Positions 9,041 through 20,100 of a stretch of 22,922 nucleotides of DNA are shown in pieces. Source of the stretch: Elsinoe ampelina. Lineage: Eukaryota. Numbering within the stretch: the stretch's first letter is position 1; each line of letters opens with the position of its first letter. The stretch is from assembly GCA_010093995.1 (NCBI GenBank), contig ML992506.1, positions 1,479,617 through 1,502,538 on the forward strand, read 5' to 3'. Position numbers and translations under genes: made by a program. Under the pieces are notes generated by a model that did no database searches, was not told the DNA's origin, and was given only the letters and a program-made list of their open reading frames with translations.

Positions 9041-12000
9041 TCAATCATTCTTGCCGACCAGACTCCGCACCTCCGCAAGAATTTCTGTATTTCCATGTGC
9101 TTCTGCAACAGTGACCATCGCGGAGACGTCATGCGAACTGAGAGGCCCATGGCTTCGGCTGATAAGCTGTCTCACAATGTCGACGGCGCCGACTTTCACG
9201 GCATGGAACAATGCTGTGTGGCCATCGAGATCTCTGGAATGCACATCCACGCCAGTGTGATCCAGGAGCATCTTGACCATGGCTGTTTGGCCCCACAATA
9301 CAGCAATAGACAAGAGCGTACGGCCACTGTAGTCAGTACAAGCCAGCGTCTCAGCAGACGCATACTGCAGGAGCACTTCCAAACAAGCAGGGAATCCTGG
9401 AGGCTCAAATGTCCATGCTAGTGGGGACCAGCCACTTATATCTCGAGAGTTCGCAGTGTCCGGCGCCCGGGCAAGTATGACCCGCAGCATGTCTACATTT
9501 CCCAGAGAGGCAGCCAAGGAAGCTGCGTTGCGGCCGCTAGTATTCCGATGGAGGATATCGACAGTCGGGTGACTCGTCAATATCTTAACAACATCTGTTC
9601 GACCCTCGACGACAGCGCGTAGCAACGGGGAATTGCCTTCACTGTCAACATTGTTGACGTCGATTTCCACTCGTCTTAGCAACATCTTGACTGTCCTTGT
9701 AGGACCAAATGCACAAGCCCATGAGAGTGCGTTCCATCCCGTATTGTCCTTTCGACTGACATCAACTTTAGAACAGCTCAGGAATGGATCAACGGCTCTG
9801 TTTGAACGATCCGTGCAAGCAAGGAAGAACGGTGAGACTCCTCGCGGATCGGTAATATTTGCGTCCACTCTTTCGTCCTTGAGCAGGATTGAGATTATCT
9901 CAGTGTGGCTTCTAGCGGCTGCAGTGGCAAGGGGAGTGCGTCCATCAGCCCCAGGCCTGTTGGGATCCGCTCTGTCTCCGCAGAGCAGGATGCTGACCGT
10001 GTCCCGGTGGCCCCTGTCTACGGCTACGGCTAGGGCAGAGCCGTAACAAGTGGTGCTCTCATTGACTCGCCCATGTGGGGACTCCTCGAGATGCCATGAT
10101 AAGGCCTGCAGACAAGTTGTGCAGTTGTTCTGGGCACTCCAATAAATAGCGGATGCAATATCGTAGTCACCGAATGCAGCCATCAGAGTAGGTATCATGT
10201 GAGAGTGGCCGAAGTATGCTGCCATGGTGAGCTTGTCCGGATCAGGTGGAAACTGGCTTCCATCTATCGCTTGCATTCGCACATAGTGATACCACGACCG
10301 AGACTCTTGGGAGTACAGTGTCAAGGCGAGGGCGCTGAGGGCATCGAACTCGGGCTCTGTGCATTTTGAGAAGTGAAGCGTCCAGTACCGAGCGGCATAA
10401 TCAAAGCAGTCATCGTCCTTCGCATACATATACTGTTCCTCCCGCACGCGGTCGGCTGGTTCCCGGAATAGCATTTCCATGTCGCTGAGATCGAAGTTAC
10501 CGGAATATTGGTACTTCTCACTGGCGCAAGATCTCCGCGCTGCGTCTGAACAATCACTGTCGGGCGTGATCGAGCTGGTTCGACTGTTCGAGTCTTCCTC
10601 CAGCAACAGATACCTCATGGTTGCGGCGGCAATGAGCTGATGTGATCCAGGATACGTGATGAATGGGCGGTCATGGGGGCACAGAAAGGTATGCCAGTTA
10701 TTCAGGAGATATTCTCTCAACGTAGCGTGTATCAAGCTGATATTCGATCGTCCAGATTTTGGCACTGTGACGAGAGCACCCAGAATCATGACGGCGGATT
10801 GCGGCCCGGAAACAGGGTATTCTTGCTGCAAATCTCTGCGCGATATCATTGAATGGTCAACGCTGCAAAGGGCATTGATCTCGAATGCGTTCAGAGGTCT
10901 GCCAGAAGTCATCAGGATCTTTAGCATTTTTCTGGCAGTGTCCTGATCCTCGATGGAGATGGCGTCTATCATTCGGGCGTAGAATTCGTTCAAGTCTGCG
11001 GGAATAGAGGTGGTGAGCGTCTCCAAATCTTTGATCCGGAATGAACGCTGCGATTGCAATCGCTTGACCGCGAGAGAAGCCCATAGGAACGAGTTGCCGG
11101 CTTGTTTGCGAAGCCTGTCGTAGACCGCATCGTGCACTTGAGTGTTCTGCGCAGACTTTGGAATGATCTGCTCGAGGGCCCGCTTCAGGTACGTTGCAAT
11201 GTCGTCCTCGATATTGTGGGAACGAAGGTCGAAACGGCGGTATGTACAGAGCGACGCAGCTTGGCCCTCCTCGAAAGCAAGAGTATGAATGGGACGGCTA
11301 CTGAGCAAAATCTGCACCTGTTCAGCCGCAGGGTTATTCAAGAGCCCAATCAACCACTCGAACAGGTACTGCTGAGCTTCGCGGTCGCATTCGTCCAGTC
11401 CGTCGATGACCAGCCAAACTTGGCCGGTCCGCTGATGACACAGGAGATCAGTGAGGAGGGCTTGTAAGTGATCCGTATTTTTCAAGAATCCCATTCCGTA
11501 CGACACGAGGGCTTTCCTCACTCGGGGCATCAAACGGACTCTCTCCATGACAAGCTGACAAATCAAGCCTCTCAATAGGTCCACAATACTCGTGCCTTGT
11601 GTGTCCCTAGCGCGACCACTGATGAAATACTGACAGATGAGCCGTGGAGAATCTCGGGCATTCAACTGTTTCACCATGTCGTTCAACAAGACAGACTTCC
11701 CTGAACCTGGTTCACCCGTGATATGCAGCATGCGATAGCGGCCGCTTCTCCATGATCCGAAATCGTCGTCTTGGTTAATCCATTCCAGAGTTCCGGCTGC
11801 CTTCCGAGATATGCCTGGATCTGACCCGTAGAGATAATCTGGACGCATTGCTTCGTAGCTTAGCTCATCTTCCGGGCCTGGTTCCCAATGATTAGCATGG
11901 ACAGCCAGCACGTTTAGGTGTCCATACTGAAACCTGCTGGATACCCTACCGGGCTCATCAAACCCCGAGTGAGCCTGCTCCTGTCATTGGCGATCAGGAT

Positions 12001-13436
12001 TCGTTCAGGGCAATGCAATCATAGGGTACCTTTGGAAGTGATCGCAGTCAGCTGTCGCATCTGATCAGCTGAGACTTCTCGGCCTGGCTGGGTCTCACAC
12101 CGTCTCACCTGTGCCGGGTATCTGTCTGAGCTGTGAAGGGCGAGACTGGGCTTTATGAGCCATACGACCGGTGCCACTCACAGAGAGCTTACCGTGAACG
12201 ATCCCGTGATGCCCGGGGAATGGGGATCTGTAGAATTCAATTCATGAACTATGCAAAATCCTCAATGTACACACTTTGTTTCCTATGCATGTTCGCCACA
12301 CAATCCCTTACTCGTAGCATCTGACTGGTATGCTTCAAGTACCCTTCCGTGGCAGCTTCTATTGTGCCGATTTTGTCGTGCTCATCGAGAGATATACCTT
12401 GCAGGCCTTGCTCGACGTTGAAGCGAAAGTATCGGCGTTCATCGTACTGCTTTGCCCACCTCGCGATGAACTTTCTTTCCGTGTTGTCCGTTTCGGTCGC
12501 AATCTGCACCATGGTCTCTGTGAGGAATTTCAGAAGGCCATCTCTGAATGCTTGCTTTCCTGGATTGCCGGTGCCTATTGAGATGAAACATTTGACCAAT
12601 GGTTTGAGCTCGCCAGTCTCCGGGCACCATATGTTTCCTGCTTCGCCTTCAACTTCATCCACAGGATTGTTAGCACCGAAGCCGCCATCCGCAAATGTAC
12701 GATTGTTTATGACGACGGGCGCGAAGAACGTTGTGGCTGCTGCGGTCGCCAGGCAGGCTTTGCGAATCGTCGTGTGGATAGATGACTCGTGCGGCAGTTT
12801 GTAGTCCCGTAACCGAACCATATCTTTCGTTGCTCTGTCTATCGTGCAGACAAAACTGCAAGTGTTATCCTCTGCATAGTCTCAGCCTATCAAAGAACTC
12901 TGCTCACGTTCTACAACCACGCTCTTCTCCGTCTTCGAGAAGGGCATCGTCAGATACACCTTGGCTTGTCATGACTTCTTGTATGGCTCGATCTAGTGTG
13001 GCAGAGTCGAACATTGGCTTGATGCCACCGAAGAACCCAATCCGGGACTTGTGCAGTGGTTTGGCGAAGACTGAAGCGGCGAGCTTAGTATAGGCGCCAA
13101 TGCATTCATCGACATCCATTTGCAAACGACCGAGCATGATGGCGATCAGCCTGTATCACATCGAATCAGTCATTGTTCCTCGACTTGTGATGATACGTAC
13201 CCTCCTGTGCTGGTACCTCCGATCAAATCAAACACCTCGCAGGGTTTCACGGCGGACAAGTTGTGCTGGCGCCGTTGGTGGTTCAGTCTGTCCATGATGC
13301 CCTTCAAGATGAACAATGATGATAGGCCGCGCACACCCCCGCCATCCAGCGACAAAAGGCAAAGGCCAGTGCTGTCCAGCGCATCGCTTCTGTCGCAGCT
13401 GCTCCCTCCTGAAGACTGGATGTTGGCTTCTGCCAT
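9041..13436 (-). CDS. Patatin-like phospholipase - NACHT - ankyrin repeat NLR, about 1347 aa; exons 13436-13201, 13150-12908, 12855-12275, 12227-12193, 12145-12109, 12051-12030, 11980-11928, 11877-9041
   Basis: Patatin motifs LSLDGGGVRG, GGTSTGG (catalytic Ser) and FADGG (catalytic Asp). NACHT Walker A GEPGSGKS and Walker B LVIDGLDEC, plus ILLSSRP and FLWASL. Roughly ten C-terminal ankyrin repeats (e.g. GRTPLATAA, GNSPLLRAV, GHTALFHAV). Seven GT-AG introns of 47-57 nt join all parts in frame. The domains are secure; the single-gene linkage through micro-exons is a manual prediction. Confidence 0.82.
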
Positions 13437-14390
13437 GGTTTGACGTTCTGCACAACAACCGGCGGAACTGTGATTGATACCCAGCGAAAATTTATGATCT
13501 TACGGTCCGAAAACAAGAGCGCCTATTGAGCCCTCTGATGGCGCCCTGCAGCCCGTGCTACAATCGGTTCAATCAGCTACGAGGTGTAAGCGCTGGCTTC
13601 GACCAATCCGAGCGTGCCATGTGAACTACCATTTATTCTTCAGATGAATGTTCATTCTCCGGCGGCACGGTTCCCCCCACCCAAGTTGAACCCCCACTCG
13701 GCCCGCTGTTGAATGAGCGCCATGGACGGACGGCATTGCGATGTAGTCGGCAAACGCCAGGCGACGAATCAGATGAGCGCTGAGATTTGTCCAACCGCGT
13801 TCCGACCGCGTAGAAAGAAGTCTCGTTGGGTCTTACCAGAGACTTGAATGATCGTGGATGGGGTGTATCTGGCGCTGGGGCGATGTCGTCCGACAGGATT
13901 ACACAAGCATGTCCCCAGGATCTGCCGAAAGTGGTCTCGCGCGTTGATTGCACTGGAAGTGCCTTTTTGGTCCTGATTGCCTTAACGCACGCAACGCCGT
14001 CGCGCGCCGTCCCGATCGCCCGAAGTGATTACAAATACTGTACCCCGCATTCATCATTGCGGTCCAAGTACTGTAACTTAGTGAGAGGCCTAGCACGACA
14101 GCACAGCGGTCTCGAACAGTGAAGATTAGGTTGCGAAATGGTGAACAACAACTCCGTTCAGAGCCTACACGCATCTAGCGTAATGGCTGAACAACGCACA
14201 ATGATTACTAGAACCTTAGCATTGCAATCCATATCTGAAGCGCCAGAAATCGTGACACCTCTACGCCAGATGTCCAACCAGAGCTTGTTTGGGTCCCCCC
14301 ATCAGCTTTGTGCCTCCGAGGTACGACTGACCACGTTAAGATCTTAGCACAGACTCAGCCCGCGACTCAATGCTGGCGAGAAAAGCATGG

Positions 14391-15347
14391 TCATGCGTGC
14401 CCAATTTTCCAGTCGCCGCCAAGAGCAGCACACCTCCCTCCGATCATCCCTCTTGTACGGTAACGCAAACCCTCGGACTCAATCCCGTCCCAACCATCCT
14501 TTCCCCACCTCGTCCCCACCATGTACTGATGCGGAAAGCTCAACCCCAGCCACACCAGCTCGCTCTTCATATACAGTAACGTCGCCCCGATAGCATCAAG
14601 AAACACAAGGTCATTCTCCCCAGTCCTCTTCTGGAGATCTGTCAACATAAGCTGACCCTGCAAAGCTAGCTCCCTATTCTCAATCTCCTTCGGATCCAAG
14701 TCCCAGTCTCGCGGCCCCTTCCGCGTGCCGGCCCAGCAGTTCAGATCGTAATTTGAGCCCGTAATGTTACCCAATTCAGTACGAGCGGTGAGGATGCCCA
14801 CGTCCTCGCGGTCTTGAGCGTGACGCAGCATCCGTGTGACCAGTCCGGCGTCGATGCGGTAGATGTCGGCGTCCATCCAGATGATGTGCTCCTCTCCGCG
14901 TAAGGTCTGTAGCATGAGGAAGTTGCGGAGCTTGGCCATTTCTGAGCGGCGAGCTGTTTGAGCTTCCTCATCATGGCGGTGCTCGCGCTCGATCTCGTCG
15001 CTGGGGAGGTAGCCTGGGTGGCGGAAGATGGTGACGCGGCTGTAGTTGTGGTTGTAGGCACTGTGTTTGTAGAGTTCATATTCGGAGTCGGAGCTGGTGA
15101 GGAGGCCGAGAGAGATGGAGGATGGATCGTGTTGGAATTTCATGAGCTGGTGCATATCGTCGATGGTGCGCGGGCGGTCATCATCGTCGAGACTGTCGGC
15201 GAAGGAGCTCTCGTCTTTGGTCATGACCAGCCAGAGGAGTTTGGGCTGTGCATTGGCGAGGCCGGTGTCATATCTGAGGGTGTCATTGCGCAGGATGACT
15301 TCACTTGTGAGCCGTCCATTGCCGCTTGCTTCTCTGAATAAAGACGT
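14391..15347 (-). CDS. Glycosyltransferase family 62 (Anp1/Mnn9/Van1-like); 5' end unresolved, possibly degenerate
   Basis: Motifs ISLGLLTS, RRSEMAKLRNFLMLQTL, HIIWMDADI (DxD), YDLNCW, LDAIGATLLY, GLSFP and GIESEGL. The frame stays open upstream of the ATG at 15224 up to a TGA at 15348-15350, with no in-frame ATG or membrane anchor. A possible acceptor (TTCAG) ends at 15334. Confidence 0.72.
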   Translation of the reverse strand, partial: TSLFREASGNGRLTSEVILRNDTLRYDTGLANAQPKLLWLVMTKDESSFADSLDDDDRPRTIDDMHQLMKFQHDPSSISLGLLTSSDSEYELYKHSAYNHNYSRVTIFRHPGYLPSDEIEREHRHDEEAQTARRSEMAKLRNFLMLQTLRGEEHIIWMDADIYRIDAGLVTRMLRHAQDREDVGILTARTELGNITGSNYDLNCWAGTRKGPRDWDLDPKEIENRELALQGQLMLTDLQKRTGENDLVFLDAIGATLLYMKSELVWLGLSFPHQYMVGTRWGKDGWDGIESEGLRYRTRGMIGGRCAALGGDWKIGHA

Positions 15348-15766
15348 TCAATCATTGGATTGGTGGGCAAACATGCAGACTCCAACCTCCGCCATCTTCA
15401 CGAAAATTCCTCAATCAAAAGAACACGCATAACAAAGCTCCATCCCGAAAGTGTCCTAGCGGTGTGAGTCACGCTGGCCAGGAAGATGTGCGGCGCAGAC
15501 GTTACGGCATAGATACCCAGGGGTAGCGTCAGGAGGTGCTGCCTCAGAAATCTTGTACGTAGAACCCAGCATCTAACGAGCAGGCTCGCACGGCGATGGT
15601 TCTCTGAGCAACGGCCAGCGGAAAACATCTCAGCTTAAGATTGAGGCGGCGGCCCAAAGGTGTGAAGAGGGAAAAGAGGTTCTTGGTGCACAGCACGATC
15701 GGCCTCCTTGCGAGCGTGTGTACGCTAAAACTGACTAACATATTGTTTGAACACGCGTCTTTGAGC

Positions 15767-15885
15767 AGATACGGCCACAGACAGTTGAAAGCAAGGCATC
15801 CCGTCAGATCTGCCATATTTAAGCAACTGATCGCCTGATTAGTAATGCGGTGGGTGACCACGTGTGAATCCCAGGTGCTGTATCT
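15767..15885 (+). rRNA. 5S rRNA gene (dispersed copy)
   Basis: 119 nt, AGATACGGCCACAG...GCATCCCGTCAGATCTGCC..TAAGC..TTAGTA..GGTGGGTGACCAC..GAATCCCAGGTGCTGTATCT. The 5' AGATACGGC pairs with the 3' GCTGTATCT (helix I), the typical 5S motifs are present, and T-runs follow. Confidence 0.95.
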
Positions 15886-15896
15886 TTTGCTTTTTT
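15885..15896 (+). terminator. RNA polymerase III terminator (T4 plus T6 runs) of the 5S gene
   Basis: TTTTGCTTTTTT directly at the 5S 3' end. Confidence 0.8.
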
Positions 15897-17189
15897 GCCC
15901 CTTCGTCCTGCGGAACTGCATGTTGAATGGAATATTCGCTCCAAGGAATGGTGTTTTTTTTTTTTACACAAGACTTGGTGGATGACGAGTTGGCTGCGAC
16001 CGGAAAGAAATGTCAACTTGATCTCTTCTCTCCTGCCTGCTCCTTATCTCCTTGTTAGCGAGATCTGCTTATACCAACAGTGTTACGTTCATTCGAGTCT
16101 CGTCATGCAGCCGGAGTGCCCGTAAAGTCATAGGTGTTTCCCACATCTCCTGATTCCAAACAATGCCTCCCATTTTGTGTGCCTTTATCATCACCATGAT
16201 CACCGCCACTGACACAACCCTCCAGAGTCAAACGGGACCTTAATATAGTAGAGATCACGCTGCATGGGGTGTTTTGGGCTTCTTTCTGGTAACTTGCTTG
16301 GACGCTCGACTCTTGCCGAGCTCCGCCGCGCAGGCCTGAAACCACGACCGGCCAACTACAGCCCTCCCGAAAATGACTGGCTTTACCACAGCCTACGACT
16401 GCTAAGCGGCACAGCGCTTTTCGCCATGGCTGGCGCCTTAGGTCACTCACGTGCAGTGATCTCTTGTCGGGTCACAATTGCAGCTCGCAGCTGATTTACG
16501 CATAGAGTACGACAATGACATAGTCGTTACGTATTCTTGCATTGCAAGGTCGTTTCCAAGTCTCTTACGAGGACACTCGATTTTCTGCTCGGCATAAGTC
16601 GTCTATCAGGTGCGCAGACACTGCTGAAGGGGTCATGAACTTCTGCACTTGAGTACAGGAATTTCGTGACGGTGGAGACTGCAACTAGAGAGCTCTTGTT
16701 ACGAATGGACATAACGGAGATCGGCACACGTAGTGAGCTGAGTGGATCTGAGATTTGTCGTCATTGAGCGGGCTTCGACGTCGAAGGGTGGCGTACGGTA
16801 ATGTGATCACGGTCGCCCAGAGCTCGTCTCGTCGGCGACCTCACAGTATGCCTTGAGAGGTTGGGATGAGATCTACAACTTCTTCTGTCAGGCTCACCGA
16901 TGCAACACCTCACCTGGAAAGGCCGCAGAGCAGAGGCTGGGCACTGCTGACTTCTCGTGAACAGCGGCCAAAGCTCAGCTTCATAAAATCATGGTTCGAA
17001 GGTTCGACTTCTGCCCAATTTTTTGGGTCGCCACCTCACAATCGGGAATCCAGGACACATCAGACTCAAGCAATCGATTCACCCACCTTGGGGCTGCGGC
17101 GTGTGTTGTTGGGGAGAATGCCATACACAAGGGCAACGTGGTCAAATGAGCATTTGATCGGTTGTGATTACGGATCGTATTAAGCTGAA

Positions 17190-20100
17190 TCATGACGAAC
17201 AAGATGTAGCTCGGCTCTTCAAACTTCCCATGAATCCGAGCCGGCCTTTGAAGGCGCCGCTCAATGCATCGATTTCCCGGGTAGACATGTTTCTCCTTGC
17301 ACTTGCCGCATTTTTGAAGCCCTGACTTCCCCTGATGCCTGTCAGAGCACCAAGGATGGCAAAGATAGCACTCTCCGGCTCATTTACCACCTCATAGGTA
17401 GTGTAAGCGGCGCTTCCTGTGGCTGTGATAACCTTCAGCACTGTCGCAAGAGCTGTCAGGCCTGCCAGACTCGCTGCGTGACCTGCGACAGGGATGAAAA
17501 ATAAGAGTGCAGTAATGAAGCCGAGTATCATCTGCTTCCTTTTCTCCTCCTCGATATCCTCCGCGGTTTCCACGACCTGCTCCATCCCCTTGATAGCTTC
17601 CTCAACCATGAAGACAGGGATCTCTGCTCCATCGACAACATCTGCGGGGTCGACATTGAGAAGTCCTATTTCGGCAGCGGAGAAGGAAGTATCAAGCCCG
17701 CTCTCAATAGTGCGCAACGATTGGAGACCTTTCGAGATACTCTCTTTGGGATCTGGGACTTGTACGCCATTCGCTGGGACGGGATAACCAACGTGGTTGA
17801 CCATGCACTGTTCATTGCGACCGCAAAAGCCACCTTGGCGGTATCTTTCACCGAGGACGTACCAATTCGCAGGTATGCCTTTCTCGGCAATGGCGGATTC
17901 AAATCCGGCTCTGTCTCGTAGCGTCCACCGAATCGTGCCTTGGAGCTCGGACGGGTCGTTGTTGCATACAACCACTTCCCCATACTTGGTGCAGTCGAAG
18001 TATCGAGGCGCGTTCTGAGCCAGAAACGTGTCGAGTTGCGTCTGAAGACTTCCGCGAATATAATCTGCGTAAACTTTGAACTTGCTGTCATAACCATTGT
18101 TCATAAGCGTGGCATAACGATCCAGGGCTCTTCTCAATGCGATTAAAAGGCCCCCAATAAGATACTGGCTCATGCATCTGCCGGGTATTGTATCCCTTTG
18201 CAAATCGAGGACTTCTAAAGTCTCAAAGCGCGATGGACAGGGCGGCGGTGAGGGTGGGATTGTAGGCGCAACTCGACTGCTGCCTTCCGATTGTAGGTCT
18301 ACAGCCCAGTCTGACACCCCACCAAAATTCAAACCCTGGTATTTCTTGACTCGATTGCTTTTGTTGAGATCGCTCATGTAAGCTACCCATTCAGTGTTGT
18401 TATAGACCAGTACCTGAGAGTCAGCGGGACCGAAATAGAGCTGCCGAGCTGATGGATTAGTAGCGTAGATTTCGTCAATTTCGGCCTGAGCAATATAGCC
18501 AGCTGTCTGTGTACAGCTACCAGGTAATGCTCCAGATGCAGGTCCAGTAAAGGGGCAGAAATTATCCGTGCAACCTGCCTGTGCCATTTTAAATGATCGC
18601 CCGTAGCTAGAGATGCCCACAATGACTTTGTTACTCGGCATACCGGCCTTAGTAATCATGACTAGTGCATTCATTGTCTCAGTCATGTTGATATGCGAAC
18701 GAAGACAGTTTCCAGTAGGACATCCAGACGATGCCCATTTGTTCCCGTAATCCCATTGGCCATGGAGATCATAGGTCATGTAAATCATGTAGTTGATGAC
18801 TGGCGCAAGGTCTTTGATAGGATGGAAACCAAGAAGATACCAATACGAAGCTGGCGCGGCAATCGAAACTGATTTCTCGGGAGGTAGGAAAGATCGGACC
18901 ATTTGAAGGAAGCGTAAGTAATTCGCACCATCATTCTTGCCGCCTGCAGGAATACCCGGAATATCAGGAGCACTGTAGCACGATCAGCTTTGTGAAGAAG
19001 CGTTGGATGTGCTATAACACCTACCCAGGGTATTCCCAATCGAAATCAACTCCATCCAGGTTGTGAGCAAGGACAAAGCTAGACACTTGCCGTGCGAATT
19101 CCAAGCGGTTAGCATCAGTGACACCCTCCCGAAAGATCGGATATGTATCGACTTCGGTAGAGAATGACCAGCCACCAAACGAAATTATTCTTTTGATACC
19201 TGACAATTGTTTGAAATCTTCAAACTGCCATGGATACTGTGAAATATCAACTCGGAAGTCGGGGGTAATATCGGCAAAGGCATAGTGGACATGTGTGTAT
19301 TTCGTCTTATCGATTTGATTTGGTGTCATCCGTAGACATCCTCGATCGTAATTCCAGGCAGAGAAGTAAGCGACACTTATGAATTCTGAGGGTGGGTTTC
19401 CATTGTTTACAATATCCATCCCACAATTCGAGATACACCCATTTTGGCCTGGGAGTGAAGTTCCAGGATTTCCAGAGGCCGCAGTCGACCTTGTACAAAA
19501 TTCAGAGGTTGTACCACATTGTCCCCATTTGTTGCAGCATGCGTTCAACTTGCAAGGATTTAGCGTTGATAAGTCGAGTCCGAGCGTGGGTAAATTCGGG
19601 TTGGTCGTTCCTGGAACTTGTGGACCACATACCGCATTCGATACCGGAGCTGGCATTGGGGGATATCCTTCACTAAGACACATACGTATGCCGAGTAGAA
19701 GATTGTCGCAGCCAGTCCAGGCCCAGGTCTTTGTATTGAAACGCAACAGCTCTTCGATCGTGAGGGAGTTAGAGGCTGCTATCTTGGCGCAGTAGTCTCC
19801 GGAGACCACTGTGTATGGCGCGCAGTCGCCGTTTTGATTCGGGCGGGGTCTGATGTCTGGTAATGTACCGCTAGAGCAGCACACGGGTTGTCCAACGGCC
19901 AGTGTCGCACAAAGATTGTTCTTCGTGTTGTACGACATGAATTGGTTGCCTGAGATGCCGCATGCAGAAGCCAAAGAAGCACAACTGTCCCCGGATACCA
20001 CACGTATGATACGGCAGTCTGCCCGAGGCAGTAAACGCAGCGGGACTGAGCTGTTCGCATTGTTCGAGTTGCTGCTGGAAGGAGTTTCGAGATCTGGCGA

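Noticed and set aside
9041..10250. High-internal-conservation repeats in the NLR sensor (as in het-e/het-d WD40 arrays)
   Set aside because: The ankyrin units are clearly divergent from one another, with no near-identical DNA repeats visible.
13437..14390. Short ORFs of 69-106 aa upstream of the NLR
   Set aside because: No motifs and no consistent splice pattern; treated as promoter/intergenic sequence.
15954..15965. T12 run as a retroposon poly(A) tail or 5S-derived SINE tail
   Set aside because: No target-site duplication or element body was recognised, and the 5S gene already has its own terminator.
15900..17189. Short ORFs between the 5S gene and the chitinase as a possible immunity gene
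   Set aside because: None shows recognisable motifs or a credible exon chain. A small spliced gene cannot be fully excluded without RNA-seq.
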